Positions 49,605-61,024 are shown, counted from the stretch's first letter. The stretch is 64,000 nt of DNA from an uncultured Candidatus Rokubacteria bacterium (GCA_963826115.1 CAWGVS010000005.1:256001-320000), one strand, 5' to 3'. The notes: generated by a model from the letters alone, not told the origin. Numbers and translations are program-made.

Positions 49605-50000
49605 GTGATCCGGCGGCTCGACCACCTCGTCCTGACGACACGCGACCGCGATCGCTGCGTCGACTTCTACACCCGCGTCCTCGGGATGGGGCTCGAGACG
49701 TTCGGCGAGGGGCGTCTGGCCTTCCGCTTCGGAGACCAGAAGATCAACCTCCACGAGGCGGGGCGGGAGTTCGAGCCCAAGGCCGAGCGGCCCACGCCCG
49801 GCGCGCTCGACCTCTGCTTCCTCGCGCGGGAGCCGCTCGACGTGGTGATCCGGCGTCTCGAGGCGGCGGGCGTCCCGATCGAGCTCGGCCCGGTGCCGCG
49901 GACCGGCGCGACGGGCCCGATCCGCTCGGTCTACGTGCGCGATCCCGACGGGAACCTCGTCGAGATCTCGGAGCCCGTCCCACGGTCGGGGCGCTCGTAG
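49605..50000 (+). CDS. VOC/glyoxalase family protein
   Basis: LDHLVL, QKINLH, DLCF, YVRDPDGNLVE. Confidence 0.92.
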   Translation: MIRRLDHLVLTTRDRDRCVDFYTRVLGMGLETFGEGRLAFRFGDQKINLHEAGREFEPKAERPTPGALDLCFLAREPLDVVIRRLEAAGVPIELGPVPRTGATGPIRSVYVRDPDGNLVEISEPVPRSGRS

Positions 50001-50004
50001 CGCG

Positions 50005-51624
50005 GTGCGAGCGCGCATCCGGCCCCCGGCGCAGCGCGGGCCGCTCCTCGGTCGCCGGGCGTTCCTCGGCGGCGTTGCGGCGCTCGCGGCGTCCGGCCTC
50101 GGCGGCTGCGCGACCCCGGCGCTGCCGGACCTCGCCGGCCGGGACCCCTTCAGCCTCGGGGTGGCGTCGGGCGAGCCGGGGCCGGACGGGTTCGTCCTGT
50201 GGACCCGGCTGGCGCCGCTTCCGCTCTGGCCGGATCCGGCCGCGCCGGGCGGGCTGACGACCGGCGACGTGCCGGTGCGCTACGAGATCGCCGCCGACGC
50301 CGGCATGCGCACGATCGTCCAGTCCGGCCACGCGATCGCGGAAGCCGCCTACGCGCACTCGGTCCACGTCGAGGCGAGCGGGCTCGAGCCGGCCCGGCCC
50401 TACTGGTACCGCTTCACGCAGGGGGACGCGCGGAGCCGCGTCGGCCGCGCATGGACCGCGCCGCCGCCCGGCCAGCCGCTCCGGACACTCCGCTTCGGCT
50501 TCGTGTCCTGCGCGAACTACGAGCACGGATACTTCTCCGCCTACCGGCACCTGGCCGACGAGTCGCCGGACCTCGTGGTGTTCCTCGGCGACTACATCTA
50601 CGAGTACGTCGAGCGGGTCCGTCCCACGGTCCGGCGGCACAGCGACGGCGTCGAGGCGAAGACGCTCGCCACCTACCGGAACCGATATGCCCAGTACCGG
50701 CTCGATCCCGATCTCCAGCGACTCCACGCGGAGGTCCCGGCGCTCGTCACGTGGGACGATCACGAGGTCCAGGACGACTACGCGGACCGCTGGTCGCCGT
50801 CGTTCGACGATCCCGAGGTCTTCCTCGCGCGGCGCGCGGCCGCGTACCAGGCTTTCTACGAGCACATGCCGCTCCGTCCGAGTCGATCCCGGCCGGAGGG
50901 ACTGGCGCTCCGGATCTACGACCGCTTCGCGTACGGCGACCTGGTGGAGTTCTCCGTGCTCGACGGGCGGCAGTACCGCTCCCGCGAGGCCTGCGCGACG
51001 GTGCCGGGCTACGGGGGCGGCCACTTCGAGGCCGACGCCTGGTGCCCGGAGCGCCGGGACCCCGGCCGGTCCATCCTCGGCGCCGCGCAGGAGGCCTGGC
51101 TCTTCGACGGGCTCGCGCGCTCCCGGGCGCGGTGGAACGTCCTCGCGCAGGACGTGCTGATGGCGCAGCTCAAGCAGCGGGTGCCGCTGGTCGACATGGT
51201 CGGCCACTGGACCGACGCCTGGGACGGCTACCCGGCGACTCGCGACCGGCTCCTCGCCCGGGTGGCGGTGACCCGCGTGGCGAACCCCGTGGTGATCACC
51301 GGGGACCTCCACTCCTTCTGGGTCAACGATCTGAAACAAGACTTCAACGACCCAAGGTCTCTCACCGTCGCCACGGAGCTCGTCGGCTCGTCCGTCTCGT
51401 CCCCGGGGCCGTCGTACGAGCAGTTCATGCGCTGGATGCCCGACAACCCGCACGTGCGGTACTTCGAGAGCCGCCAGCGCGGCTACGCGATCGTCGATCT
51501 CGCGCCCGAGCGCATGGCCGCGCGCTTCCGAGCGCTGTCGGACGTCCGGGATCCGCAGGCCACGGTGTCCACGCTGCGGAGCTTCGTCGTCGAGTCCGGC
51601 CGGCCCGGCGCGGTTCCGGCCTGA
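50005..51624 (+). CDS. phoD: Alkaline phosphatase D, Tat-exported
   Basis: GRRAFL Tat motif, GVASG, GDYIYE, WDDHE, WDGY, GDLH. Confidence 0.93.
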   Translation: MRARIRPPAQRGPLLGRRAFLGGVAALAASGLGGCATPALPDLAGRDPFSLGVASGEPGPDGFVLWTRLAPLPLWPDPAAPGGLTTGDVPVRYEIAADAGMRTIVQSGHAIAEAAYAHSVHVEASGLEPARPYWYRFTQGDARSRVGRAWTAPPPGQPLRTLRFGFVSCANYEHGYFSAYRHLADESPDLVVFLGDYIYEYVERVRPTVRRHSDGVEAKTLATYRNRYAQYRLDPDLQRLHAEVPALVTWDDHEVQDDYADRWSPSFDDPEVFLARRAAAYQAFYEHMPLRPSRSRPEGLALRIYDRFAYGDLVEFSVLDGRQYRSREACATVPGYGGGHFEADAWCPERRDPGRSILGAAQEAWLFDGLARSRARWNVLAQDVLMAQLKQRVPLVDMVGHWTDAWDGYPATRDRLLARVAVTRVANPVVITGDLHSFWVNDLKQDFNDPRSLTVATELVGSSVSSPGPSYEQFMRWMPDNPHVRYFESRQRGYAIVDLAPERMAARFRALSDVRDPQATVSTLRSFVVESGRPGAVPA

Positions 51625-51825
51625 CCGACGCCCGGTGACGCTCGCCCTCGGTGCGCCGCCCGCCCGCCGTCCGAGGCCGTTGCCGTACCGCCACGGGGAG
51701 CAGCCGCCCGGCGCGACGATCCTCTCCCCGTCCGACTGACCGGCCGGTCGCCACGGTCCGCCGTGGTCGACCGAGCCGGCCAGCCGGTACAGCTGACTAC
51801 CCCGGCACGCTTGCGGCCGGGGCCC

Positions 51826-52644
51826 TCACGGGTGGCTGGGTGTGTTCACCCACACGGCGTCGATCCGGGCGTCCATGGCCGCCAGGCTCGGGGTCGGACA
51901 GTTCGGCGCGAAGCTCCCCACGCGGAGCGACTTGAAGGGCTCTGCCGCGGGGTTGTGGCGGGCCTGGGGGAGGACGTCGCCGTAGTGCATGGTCTGCTCC
52001 ACGACGAATGGCCGCGTGAGCGTCCGCACGATTCGCACGACGAAGGCCCTCGCCGCGCGATCCCAGCGAAGCGTTGCGACTGCCGGCTCGCCGATCCTCA
52101 CGGTCCCGAGGTCGACGTTGTTGAAGAACCCGATGCTCGTCGACATGAACCCGCCGACGCGGAGGGAGGTGGCGGGCAGCGACGGGTCGTCCGTTCGCCG
52201 CTCGACCATGAGGTACGCGATCACGTCCTCGTCCGGGTTTCCCGTCGCCCCCGCGTTGAAGAAGGCGCCATGGACGAGCATCTGCGGGTGCGCCGCCTCC
52301 TCGGGGTTGGCCGGGCAGGCCCGGGCGCTGGCGCCCTTGACGACGAAAAGCGCGCGGATCGTCTCGATCGCCTCGGGCTCCGCGAACAGGACCTGCGACT
52401 CGGCGAACGTCACCTCGCCGGGCGGCTCCTCGGCGCCGTAGCCCCGCACCGCGAGGCGCAGATGGCCGTTCTGCACCTCGCGCGCGCAGATGGCCGTCGG
52501 CCCGCACATGGGCGGGGTGATCCACTTGTCCGGATCGATGTCGTTGCCCTGGAAGTGATCGTAGATCCGCATGCCTTCGGCGTGGGCGGGCAGCCACGCG
52601 AGGCACACCAGCAGCGCACACCCGACCGGACTCAATCGCTTCAT
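51826..52644 (-). CDS. Secreted hypothetical protein with several Cys
   Basis: GGAGG SD, signal peptide MKRLSPVGCALLVCLAWLPAHA, YDHFQGNDIDPDKW. Confidence 0.7.
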   Translation of the reverse strand: MKRLSPVGCALLVCLAWLPAHAEGMRIYDHFQGNDIDPDKWITPPMCGPTAICAREVQNGHLRLAVRGYGAEEPPGEVTFAESQVLFAEPEAIETIRALFVVKGASARACPANPEEAAHPQMLVHGAFFNAGATGNPDEDVIAYLMVERRTDDPSLPATSLRVGGFMSTSIGFFNNVDLGTVRIGEPAVATLRWDRAARAFVVRIVRTLTRPFVVEQTMHYGDVLPQARHNPAAEPFKSLRVGSFAPNCPTPSLAAMDARIDAVWVNTPSHP

Positions 52645-52987
52645 CGTCGCCTCCACCAGTTGATGGGTTTCGGACACGTCGCCCCGCGGCCCCTCGTGTG
52701 CCCGGCGCTCTCGGGGAACCCCCGGCCGCCCGGCGGCGGGTCGCGGCCTGGCGAACGCCAGACGGGTGAGCACGGGTCATGCCACGGGGACGCCCAATGA
52801 AGTCAACAGTTTGGAGAGGCCGTGGGTCTCCCCGTAATGGGGGAACGGGTGGAGGCTCGGCGAATTGGGGGGCCGGCGTGACGGACGGCGGCGTCGGCAA
52901 TCGCCCGTCGCCGCGCGCGGCGGGCGCGGGTATCCTGGGACGGCTCGGATTCCTAGTCAGCGCGTCCTCAAAACCACAGGAGGCCTC

Positions 52988-53938
52988 GTGGAGACCGTCG
53001 GGTTGATCGGGCTCGGGAACATGGGCGGGGGCATGGCGGGGAACCTCTTGAAGGCGGGCTACCCGCTGGTGGTCCACGATCTCAGGCCGGAGGTCGTGCG
53101 GGACTTCGCCGCGCGGGGCGCGCGGCCGGCGGGCTCGGCGGCCGAGGTCGCGCGGCTCGCCGAGGTGACGCTGACGTCCTTGCCGGGCCCCAAGGAGGTC
53201 GAGGCGGTGGCGACGGGCGCCGACGGGCTCCTGGCCAGCATGCGGACGGGGAGCGTCTGGGTGGACACGACGACCAGCCGGCCGACGCTGATCCGCCAGC
53301 TCGAGCCGCGCTTCCGGGCCAAGGGCCTCCACGTCCTCGACGCGCCGGTGAGCGGGGGCAAGACCGGAGCGGCGACACGCAACCTGGCGGTGATGGTCGG
53401 CGGCGAGCGGGCCGTCTACGACCGGGTGAAGCTGGTCCTCGACGCGATCGGAGACAAGGTCTTCTACGCGGGGGCGATCGGCGCGGGCTCGGTCTGCAAG
53501 CTGGTCCACAACATGGTGGGCCACAGCGTGCGGCAGGCCGTGGCGGAGGCGCTCACGCTGGGCGTCAAGGCGGGCGTGGACGCCGAGTCGGTGTGGGAGG
53601 GCCTCCGGCGGGGCGCCCTCGGCCGGATGCACTACCTCCACGAGGGCATGCCGAAGACCGTGTTCCGCGGCGCGTACGACCCGCCGATGTTCAGCCTCGC
53701 GCTCGCTCGGAAGGACATCGGGCTCGCCACCGAGCTGGCCCGCGAGTTCGACGTGCCGCTGCCGATGACGAACCTCGCCGAGCAGATCGCCATCGAGGCG
53801 ATGAACCGCGGCTGGGGCGGGCTCGACAACAACGTCGTCTTCCGGCTCCAGGAGGAGGCCGCGCGGGTGGAGGTTCGGGCGCCCGGGATCGACCCCGCGC
53901 GCGCGGCCCGATTCATCACGACGCACCCGGACGCCTGA
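52988..53938 (+). CDS. Beta-hydroxyacid dehydrogenase (3-hydroxyisobutyrate dehydrogenase family)
   Basis: [24 protein letters not shown]. Confidence 0.93.
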   Translation: METVGLIGLGNMGGGMAGNLLKAGYPLVVHDLRPEVVRDFAARGARPAGSAAEVARLAEVTLTSLPGPKEVEAVATGADGLLASMRTGSVWVDTTTSRPTLIRQLEPRFRAKGLHVLDAPVSGGKTGAATRNLAVMVGGERAVYDRVKLVLDAIGDKVFYAGAIGAGSVCKLVHNMVGHSVRQAVAEALTLGVKAGVDAESVWEGLRRGALGRMHYLHEGMPKTVFRGAYDPPMFSLALARKDIGLATELAREFDVPLPMTNLAEQIAIEAMNRGWGGLDNNVVFRLQEEAARVEVRAPGIDPARAARFITTHPDA

Positions 53939-54016
53939 GACGGGACCGATGCCTCCCGCGCGACGGGGGTGCTATCCTGACGAGACGCTCGACGACGAGC
54001 GGAAGGAGCGGAGCGC

Positions 54017-54454
54017 ATGACGCACGCCGAGACGACCGGACGTCATCAGCCGGCCCGGGCCGTTCACGAGGACGAGCGCCCGTGGGAGCTGCTCCGCTGG
54101 CCGGGGCAGTGGAGCAAGATGCTCGTGCACCCGACCTCCGAGCGGCCGACGGACCCGAACGCGGGCCTCGTCCGCTACGAGCCGGGCTCGCATCATCCGT
54201 TCCACAAGCACGAGTTCGCCCAGGTCTGGTACATCGTCGAGGGCCAGTTCCGGATCGGCGAGCGCACCTACGGCCCCGGCACGATGCTCTTCTACCCGGA
54301 CCCGCACTTCGAGGACCCGCTCCAGACGGACACCGGCGGGGTCATGCTGTTCGTGCAGTACCAGGGTCCGGACACCGGGGGGCGGCCCGTCTACGACGGC
54401 CGGTTCAACATGACGGCGCGAAAGCGAATCGAGGAGGAGAACGTCGAGGCGTAG
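54017..54454 (+). CDS. Cupin-domain protein
   Basis: HPFHKH...WYIVEG...YGPG. GGAG SD. Confidence 0.8.
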   Translation: MTHAETTGRHQPARAVHEDERPWELLRWPGQWSKMLVHPTSERPTDPNAGLVRYEPGSHHPFHKHEFAQVWYIVEGQFRIGERTYGPGTMLFYPDPHFEDPLQTDTGGVMLFVQYQGPDTGGRPVYDGRFNMTARKRIEEENVEA

Positions 54455-54471
54455 GCCCGCGGCGTCCCGTC

Positions 54472-55572
54472 ATGGGGAACACCTTCGGCCAGCTGTTCCG
54501 GGTGACGACGTGGGGCGAGTCCCACGGCGCCGCCACCGGCGCGGTGATCGACGGCTGCCCGCCGCGCCTGCCGCTCGGCGAGGCCGACATCCAGCCGGAC
54601 CTCGATCGCCGCCGCCCGGGCCAGAGCCTCCTCACCAGCCAGCGGAAGGAATCCGACACCGTCCGCATCCTGAGCGGGGTCTTCGAGGGGCTGACTCTCG
54701 GGACGCCGATCGCCCTCGAGATCCAGAACGAGGACATGCGGCCCGGCGACTACCGCGAGATGCAGGAGAAGTACCGGCCGAGCCACGCGGACTACACGTA
54801 CGACGCGAAGTACGGGGTCCGGGACTGGCGGGGCGGGGGACGAACGAGCGCGCGCGAGACGGCGGCCCGCGTTGCGGCGGGCGCGGTGGCGCGGAAACTC
54901 CTCCACGTCCGCTGGGGCGTCGAGGTCGTGGCCTGGGTGGCCCGCGTCGGCCGCATCGCCGCCGAGTGCGACGTCGAGCGCGTGACCCGGGAGGACGTGG
55001 AGCGGACGCCGATCCGCTGTCCCGATCCCCCGGCGGCCGAGCGGATGATCGCGGCGGTCGAGGCGGCGCGGAAGGACGGCAACTCGCTCGGCGGCCTGGT
55101 GACCTGCGCCCTCCGGGGCTGCCCGCCCGGCTGGGGCGAGCCCGTGTTCGACCGGCTGGAGGCGGATCTCGCCAAGGCGGCGCTGAGTCTCCCGGCGAGC
55201 AAGGGGTTCGAGATCGGCTCCGGGTTTGCCGGGACCGAGCTCACCGGGCGCGAGCACAACGACGAGTTCTACATGGACGGCGACCGCGTGCGCACCCGGA
55301 CGAACCGGAGCGGCGGCGTCCAGGGCGGCATCTCGAACGGCGAGACGATCTACTTCCGCGTCGCCTTCAAGCCCACCGCGACGATCATGTCGCCCCAGCG
55401 CACCGTGGACGTCCGTCACGAGGACACGGTGCTCCAGGCGAGGGGGCGCCACGATCCCTGCGTCCTCCCGCGCGCCGTGCCCATGGTGGAGGCGATGGCC
55501 GCCCTGGTCCTCGCCGACCACGCGCTCCGGCAGGAAGCCATCCGCGCCGGCGCGTCCCCCCCGAAAGACTGA
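54472..55572 (+). CDS. aroC: Chorismate synthase
   Basis: GNTFG, GESHG, RPSHAD, SARET, GGISNG, RHDPC. Confidence 0.97.
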   Translation: MGNTFGQLFRVTTWGESHGAATGAVIDGCPPRLPLGEADIQPDLDRRRPGQSLLTSQRKESDTVRILSGVFEGLTLGTPIALEIQNEDMRPGDYREMQEKYRPSHADYTYDAKYGVRDWRGGGRTSARETAARVAAGAVARKLLHVRWGVEVVAWVARVGRIAAECDVERVTREDVERTPIRCPDPPAAERMIAAVEAARKDGNSLGGLVTCALRGCPPGWGEPVFDRLEADLAKAALSLPASKGFEIGSGFAGTELTGREHNDEFYMDGDRVRTRTNRSGGVQGGISNGETIYFRVAFKPTATIMSPQRTVDVRHEDTVLQARGRHDPCVLPRAVPMVEAMAALVLADHALRQEAIRAGASPPKD

Positions 55573-55584
55573 CGGGAGGTCTCC

Positions 55585-56805
55585 GTGCACGCCTTCCTCG
55601 CCCCGCTCCGGGGCATGGGACGGGAACGCCTGGTGTTCCTCTGGCTGGTGACCGGCGGGCACACCGCCATCCACTGGTTCCAGACGATGTTCGCGGTCGT
55701 CCTGCCGTCGGTCACCCAGGGGCTCGGACTCAACGAGGTCCAGACCGGCTACCTCCAGTCCGCCCGTCAGCTCACGTCCGGCAGCATGAACCTGCCGTTC
55801 GGCATCCTGGCGGACTCGTTCGCGCGCCAGCGCGCGGCGATCCTCGCCTCGGCGCTCTTCTTCATGGGGCTGGGCTACTTCTGCTTCGCGGCGGCGCCGA
55901 ACCTGGTCGGGGCCTTGGTGGGCGCCGCCCTCGTAGGCCTCGGCACGGCCGCGTGGCACCCGCCCGCGATGGGCGCCCTGTCGGCGCGCTTCCCCGAGCG
56001 GCGGGCCACGGCGCTGTCGATTCACGGGATGGGGGCCACCGTCTCCGACACGCTGACCCCGCTCGCGGTCGGCGCGCTGCTCGTCGCGATGTACTGGCGA
56101 GACTTTCTCCACGCGCAGCTCCTGGTGGGCGTGGTCGCAGCGGTCCTGGTGTGGCTCGGCCTGGCGCGACAGTTCACCCAGGCCACCGCGCGCCCGACCG
56201 GGCGGAGCTTCGCGGGCGACGTGCGGACGATCCTCGTCAATCCCGCGTTCCTGGCCGTGTCCTTCGCCGACGGTCTCATGGCCATGGCGCGGCAGGTCAT
56301 CCTGACGTTCTTCCCCCTGTACATCCAGATCGGCCTCGGCCGCGGGGCCTTCGAGCTCGGGGTCTACGTGGCGCTCCTCCACGGCATGGGGACGGTCTCC
56401 CAGCCGCTCCTGGGTATCCTGGCCGACCGCGTGGGGCGCAAGGCCGTGCTGGTCCCGTCGTTCCTGCTCCTGACCGTCTTCTATCTCCTCCTGGGGCGCG
56501 TCGCGCCGGGCTGGCCGCTCGGAGTCCTGGTCCTGGCGATCGGCGTGTTCTTCTACACGCTCGTGAACATCACGAGCGCGGCGGTCCTCGACGTGGCCGG
56601 CTCCCGCACGCAGTCGTCGGCGTCGGGGCTCAGCACCGCGATCACCCAGCTTATCGTGCTGCCGTCGCCCGTCCTGGCGGGCTGGCTGGTCCACCGCTTC
56701 GGGTACGGCGCGGCGTTCAACCTGGCGGCCAGCTTCATGGCCATCGGCATCCTCGTCATGCTGCCCGTCCGGCTCTACGGCGGCCAGGGCCGGGCCGCGG
56801 CCTGA
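55585..56805 (+). CDS. MFS transporter
   Basis: About 12 TM segments, GILADSFARQ and GILADRVGRK motifs. Confidence 0.92.
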   Translation: MHAFLAPLRGMGRERLVFLWLVTGGHTAIHWFQTMFAVVLPSVTQGLGLNEVQTGYLQSARQLTSGSMNLPFGILADSFARQRAAILASALFFMGLGYFCFAAAPNLVGALVGAALVGLGTAAWHPPAMGALSARFPERRATALSIHGMGATVSDTLTPLAVGALLVAMYWRDFLHAQLLVGVVAAVLVWLGLARQFTQATARPTGRSFAGDVRTILVNPAFLAVSFADGLMAMARQVILTFFPLYIQIGLGRGAFELGVYVALLHGMGTVSQPLLGILADRVGRKAVLVPSFLLLTVFYLLLGRVAPGWPLGVLVLAIGVFFYTLVNITSAAVLDVAGSRTQSSASGLSTAITQLIVLPSPVLAGWLVHRFGYGAAFNLAASFMAIGILVMLPVRLYGGQGRAAA

Positions 56806-56825
56806 CCCGCGCGGAGGGAGACCCC

Positions 56826-57839
56826 ATGGAGCGTCGCGCCTTCGGAAGGACGGGCCTCGCGGTGTCGGCTCTCGGCTTCGGAAGCTGGCCGATGAGCGGG
56901 GGGAACCGCTACGGCGCGATCGAGGATGCCGAGGCGATCCGCGCGATCCACCGGGCGCTCGAGGGCGGCGTGAACGTGGTCGACACCGCGCCGGCGTACG
57001 GGTTCGGCCACGCCGAGGAGGTGGTGGGCCAGGCCCTGCGGGGACGCCGGCCGGGGGTCATCCTCGTGACCAAGTGCGGGCTCGCTTGGGATCCCGGCAG
57101 CCCCGTTATCCGTCGTGACACCTCGCCCGCGAGCCTCCGGCACGGGGTCGACCTCTCGCTCCGCCGGCTCCAGACCGACGTGATCGACGTCTACCTGATC
57201 CACTGGCCGAACGCCGACACGCCGTTCGAGGACGCCTTCGGCGCGATGGACGACATCGTCCGCGCGGGCAAGGTGCGGTTCGTCGGCGTGTCGAACTTCA
57301 CGGTGGCGCAGATGGAGGCCTGCATGCGCGTGCGCCGCGTGGACGTCGTGCAGGTGGGCTACCACCTTCTCGACCGCCGGATGGAGCAGGAGGTGTTCCC
57401 GTACTGCGCGCGTCACGGGATCGGTGTCATGGGCTACGGGCCTCTGGGCCACGGTCTGCTCACCGGCGCGTTCACGGCGACGACGCGCTTCGTGGACCCC
57501 GACTGGCGGGCGAAGGGGATTGCCTTCGGCCAGCCCATCTTCACGCCGGAGAACTTGCCGAGGAACGCGGCGGTCGTGGACCGGCTGCGACACGAGGTGG
57601 CGGAGCCGCTCGGCGTGCCGGTTAGCTACGTCGCCCTCGCCTGGGCCCTCCGGAACCCCGTCGTCACCACGGCGCTGGTGGGCGCGCGCCAGCCGTCCGA
57701 GGTCGAGGACAACCTGAGGGGCGTGCAGCTTAGCCTGTCCGCCGCCGACGTCGCGCGGATCGACGAGATCCTCCGGGACGCGGCCGGAACGATCCGTGCG
57801 TTCACGCCGCTCCGCCCGGCGATGGAGCTCTGGGAATAG
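56826..57839 (+). CDS. Aldo/keto reductase
   Basis: DTAPAYG, TKCG, IDVYLIHWP, GVSNF. Confidence 0.95.
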   Translation: MERRAFGRTGLAVSALGFGSWPMSGGNRYGAIEDAEAIRAIHRALEGGVNVVDTAPAYGFGHAEEVVGQALRGRRPGVILVTKCGLAWDPGSPVIRRDTSPASLRHGVDLSLRRLQTDVIDVYLIHWPNADTPFEDAFGAMDDIVRAGKVRFVGVSNFTVAQMEACMRVRRVDVVQVGYHLLDRRMEQEVFPYCARHGIGVMGYGPLGHGLLTGAFTATTRFVDPDWRAKGIAFGQPIFTPENLPRNAAVVDRLRHEVAEPLGVPVSYVALAWALRNPVVTTALVGARQPSEVEDNLRGVQLSLSAADVARIDEILRDAAGTIRAFTPLRPAMELWE

Positions 57840-58032
57840 TCTGATCGCGGGGTTGCCGGCTTCTTCTCCCCTCGGCATCGACGGGAGCCGGAGCCGGGCT
57901 GCGCCCCTGGACTGCCGGGGAGCGCTGTGGTAGCCGTGGCCGGTAGCCGGTATGACGTGGCCGGCGGCCGTGCGGACCTGAACCCTCCAGGCATGAGGGC
58001 CTCGATGGCCGTGACAGCGTGATGTCGATGCT

Positions 58033-60777
58033 GTGGGACGACCGGTGGCTGGATCCGTAGAAGCGCGCGATCCAGAGGGCTCGCCGTCGCCCGCCTCGTC
58101 TCTCGGGTGGCTGGCCGCCCTCGTCTCCTACGCGACCTACGTCGCGGGAGTTGTCCTCTTCACCTGGCCGCTTGCCCTGCATCCCGCCACTACGTGGGCC
58201 AACCACCACGACCCGCCCCTCTTCACATGGGTCATGGCATCCATGGCGCGCTGGCTGGCGGCCGGCCCTCGGACGCTCTTCGATGGGGGCGCCTTCTATC
58301 CCTACGGGGAGAGCCTGGCGTTCAGCGAGCCGCTGCTCCTGCCCGCGATCCTGGGTCTGCCGGGCTTCGCATGGGGCGACCCTATCCTCACGTACAATCT
58401 CCTGGTCCTGCTGCTGTGGCCGCTGAACGGCCTGGCGATGGCGTGGGCGGCGTGTGAGCTCACCGGCTCGCGCCGGGGCGCCTGGATCGCCGGCGCCGTG
58501 TTCAGCGTCTCCCCCTACTTCGTCCAGTACCACCTCGAGTTCAACATGCTTCCGGCCGCCCCGGTCCCAGTGGCGCTTGTCGCCTGGGTCCGGTGGCTCG
58601 AGCGCCAGGAGACGCGTTGGCTGGCTCTGGCGCTTGGCGCGCTCACGCTCCAGGGCCTCACGTCCTGGTACTACACGATTGCCACCGGGTTCGCGTTCGT
58701 GGCGCTGACGGTCGCTTACGCCTGTTTGCGCTGGCACGGGTGGCGCATCTGGCGCGACGCGGGGATGCTCGCCGTGGGCATCGTGGCCGTCGCCGCGATT
58801 CTCGTGCCTGTGGCGTGGCCGTACGTCATCGTCAAGAGCGAGCTCGGACTGGAGCGTGACATCCGAGACGTGCTAGAGCACCATGCGGACCTCCTCGGCT
58901 TCGTCGAGTCGGTGTCGCGGTTTCCCATCCCGCGGGGGCCCTGGCGCCATGAAGGCACCGAGACGTCGCCGTTCGTGGGGTTCGGCGTCATGGCTCTCGG
59001 AGCTCTCGCGCTCGCTCGCGGATGGCGCGAGGATTTCCGGTCGTCGGGCGGCCCCGCATGGCTCGCCCGTGGCGCCGGCCTGACCCTGCTCCTCACGATG
59101 GGCGGTTTCGCGGCCCTCGTCCTGCACCGTCGCCCCTTCAACCTTCGAGCCGTGGGGGTTCACCGACACCTCGGCGCCGGCATCTTCGTGACGCTCGCGC
59201 TCGCGATGGTGTTCGTTCTTCTCCTCGCGCGGGGATGGAGGGAGGCGCGGGCCCGCGCCTCGCGGCGGCTCGACGCCGGGGACTGGGCGGCGCTGCTCGC
59301 CGCACTGGCAGCCGTGTCCGTGGTGCTGGTGCTCGGTCCCGTCGTGCACGTCGCCGGCCGTTCGCTCGGCCGAGGGCCGTACGCCGAGCTCTACCGGGTG
59401 CTCTTGCCGCTGCACGCGGTGCGAATCAGCGTCCGCTTCGCCATCCTCTGGGTGGCCGCGCTCGGCCTCCTGAGCGCCTTCGGATGGCGGCGGCTGGAAG
59501 CACGGGTGCCGGGAGCTTCGCGGCGGCGGCTCTGGTTCGCCTGTGTCGTGGTGGCGCTCGTCGTCGAGTACACGATGAAGCCCATCGACATCGTGGGAAT
59601 CGAGGCCCCACGACCCGTGGATCTCGTGTTGCGCGCGGATCCCGCGGACGTCGCCGTCCTCGAGTGGCCCACCGCCGTGCCGGGCGTCGACGCCGATGCG
59701 ATGTTCCGGTCCCTGTTCCACGGCAAGCGCGTCGTGAACGGGTTCTCGGGATTCCGCGTGGAATCGCTTCACGACCTGTCGGGGCTCTTGACGAGGCCGG
59801 GCCGGCCGTTTCCGTCGGAGCGGGCCCAGGCGGCCCTGCGCGAGATCCATCCCCTGCGGTACCTCGTCGTTCGGACGGCGGCCGTCAGTCCCGCCTGGCG
59901 ATCGTCGTGGCGCGAGACGAGCGGCGCACCGCCGCCGACTCTGCGGTTCCTCGGCACGTACGACACCGAGGATCTGTATGAGGTCATCGCCGAGCCCGAT
60001 CGGGGGACGCATCTCGAGCGCCACGTGTCCGGCGGCTTCATCCGGGAGCACCCGGAGCTGGAGCTCGAGGTCGCCGCGGTCCGCGCGGCAGCCTCTTCGG
60101 GCCCGTCGCCCTTCGTGGACGTCACGCTGAACGGCGGCGCCCTTGGGCGGGTCGCCATGTCGGAGGCCGGCGTCACCCTCAAGGCGCGCGCGGATCGGCA
60201 CATCTACCGGGCGGCGCCGAATGCGTTTGCCCTCGACTATGGCTATGCCTGGCCGCTGGCCCACCTGGGAGCGCGCCACCGGATCGGGACGACGGGCGTA
60301 CTCAGCCCCGTGGATCTCCGGGTCTGGAGCAGCGGCGGCCCCTTCCGACGGCCCGGCAGCCGCATCCGGCTGAACGTCGACGAGCTGTCGCCGGACCTTC
60401 GAGGCTACAACCTGGTCGCGATAGGCGCGGACGGACACATTCTGGCGATCGCGGCGTTCGACACCTTCGGCGAGGCCGGCGCGTCGGCGAGGCTGCGGGA
60501 CTGGGTCCGCGCCCTCCCCGGCGGCACCATCGTGGCGGGGGCCGTCCGCGACGAGGCGTCGCGGCTCCTCGAGGCGGACGCGGTCGCGGCGCTCCGGGAC
60601 CTCGGGGTGGCCGGCGACCTGAGAGGCCGGTTCCGGTCTGCCCACGCGTTCGTCGGCGTCAAGGGCGCGGCGGTCGGCGCCGCGGCCGAGGCGACCGGCC
60701 CCCCCGAGGCCGAGGTGGCCATCGGGGACCCGCCGCCGGAGCCGGGCTTCACGCTCCGCCGCTTCTCTCTGCACTGA
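58033..60777 (+). CDS. YfhO/GT-C-like polytopic membrane protein with a C-terminal ILEI (FAM3-like) domain; start uncertain
   Basis: FYPYGESLAFSE, many TMs, VNGFSG, and GYNLVAI...FDTF...IVAGAVRDEAS...FRSAHAFVGVKG. Confidence 0.75.
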   Translation: MGRPVAGSVEARDPEGSPSPASSLGWLAALVSYATYVAGVVLFTWPLALHPATTWANHHDPPLFTWVMASMARWLAAGPRTLFDGGAFYPYGESLAFSEPLLLPAILGLPGFAWGDPILTYNLLVLLLWPLNGLAMAWAACELTGSRRGAWIAGAVFSVSPYFVQYHLEFNMLPAAPVPVALVAWVRWLERQETRWLALALGALTLQGLTSWYYTIATGFAFVALTVAYACLRWHGWRIWRDAGMLAVGIVAVAAILVPVAWPYVIVKSELGLERDIRDVLEHHADLLGFVESVSRFPIPRGPWRHEGTETSPFVGFGVMALGALALARGWREDFRSSGGPAWLARGAGLTLLLTMGGFAALVLHRRPFNLRAVGVHRHLGAGIFVTLALAMVFVLLLARGWREARARASRRLDAGDWAALLAALAAVSVVLVLGPVVHVAGRSLGRGPYAELYRVLLPLHAVRISVRFAILWVAALGLLSAFGWRRLEARVPGASRRRLWFACVVVALVVEYTMKPIDIVGIEAPRPVDLVLRADPADVAVLEWPTAVPGVDADAMFRSLFHGKRVVNGFSGFRVESLHDLSGLLTRPGRPFPSERAQAALREIHPLRYLVVRTAAVSPAWRSSWRETSGAPPPTLRFLGTYDTEDLYEVIAEPDRGTHLERHVSGGFIREHPELELEVAAVRAAASSGPSPFVDVTLNGGALGRVAMSEAGVTLKARADRHIYRAAPNAFALDYGYAWPLAHLGARHRIGTTGVLSPVDLRVWSSGGPFRRPGSRIRLNVDELSPDLRGYNLVAIGADGHILAIAAFDTFGEAGASARLRDWVRALPGGTIVAGAVRDEASRLLEADAVAALRDLGVAGDLRGRFRSAHAFVGVKGAAVGAAAEATGPPEAEVAIGDPPPEPGFTLRRFSLH

Positions 60778-61024
60778 CCCTGGGCCGGGGGATCCTTCCC
60801 GCTCGGGGTCCGCCGGACGTTCCGGTGGGGCCGGCCGGGAGGTCGAATACTCCGTGAGATTCACGCGTTTCGGTCCATCCGACGGCGGCCGTCGGGGCCT
60901 GATCGACGCCTGCCCGGGCCCTCGCGCCGGGTGGCCGGGGCCGGATCGGCTACTATCGATGCATGGAGGCAGGTCGACCCCGCGGGGGTGCCTTGCGCGG
61001 GCCGCTCGACTCGGGGCGCGAGCC

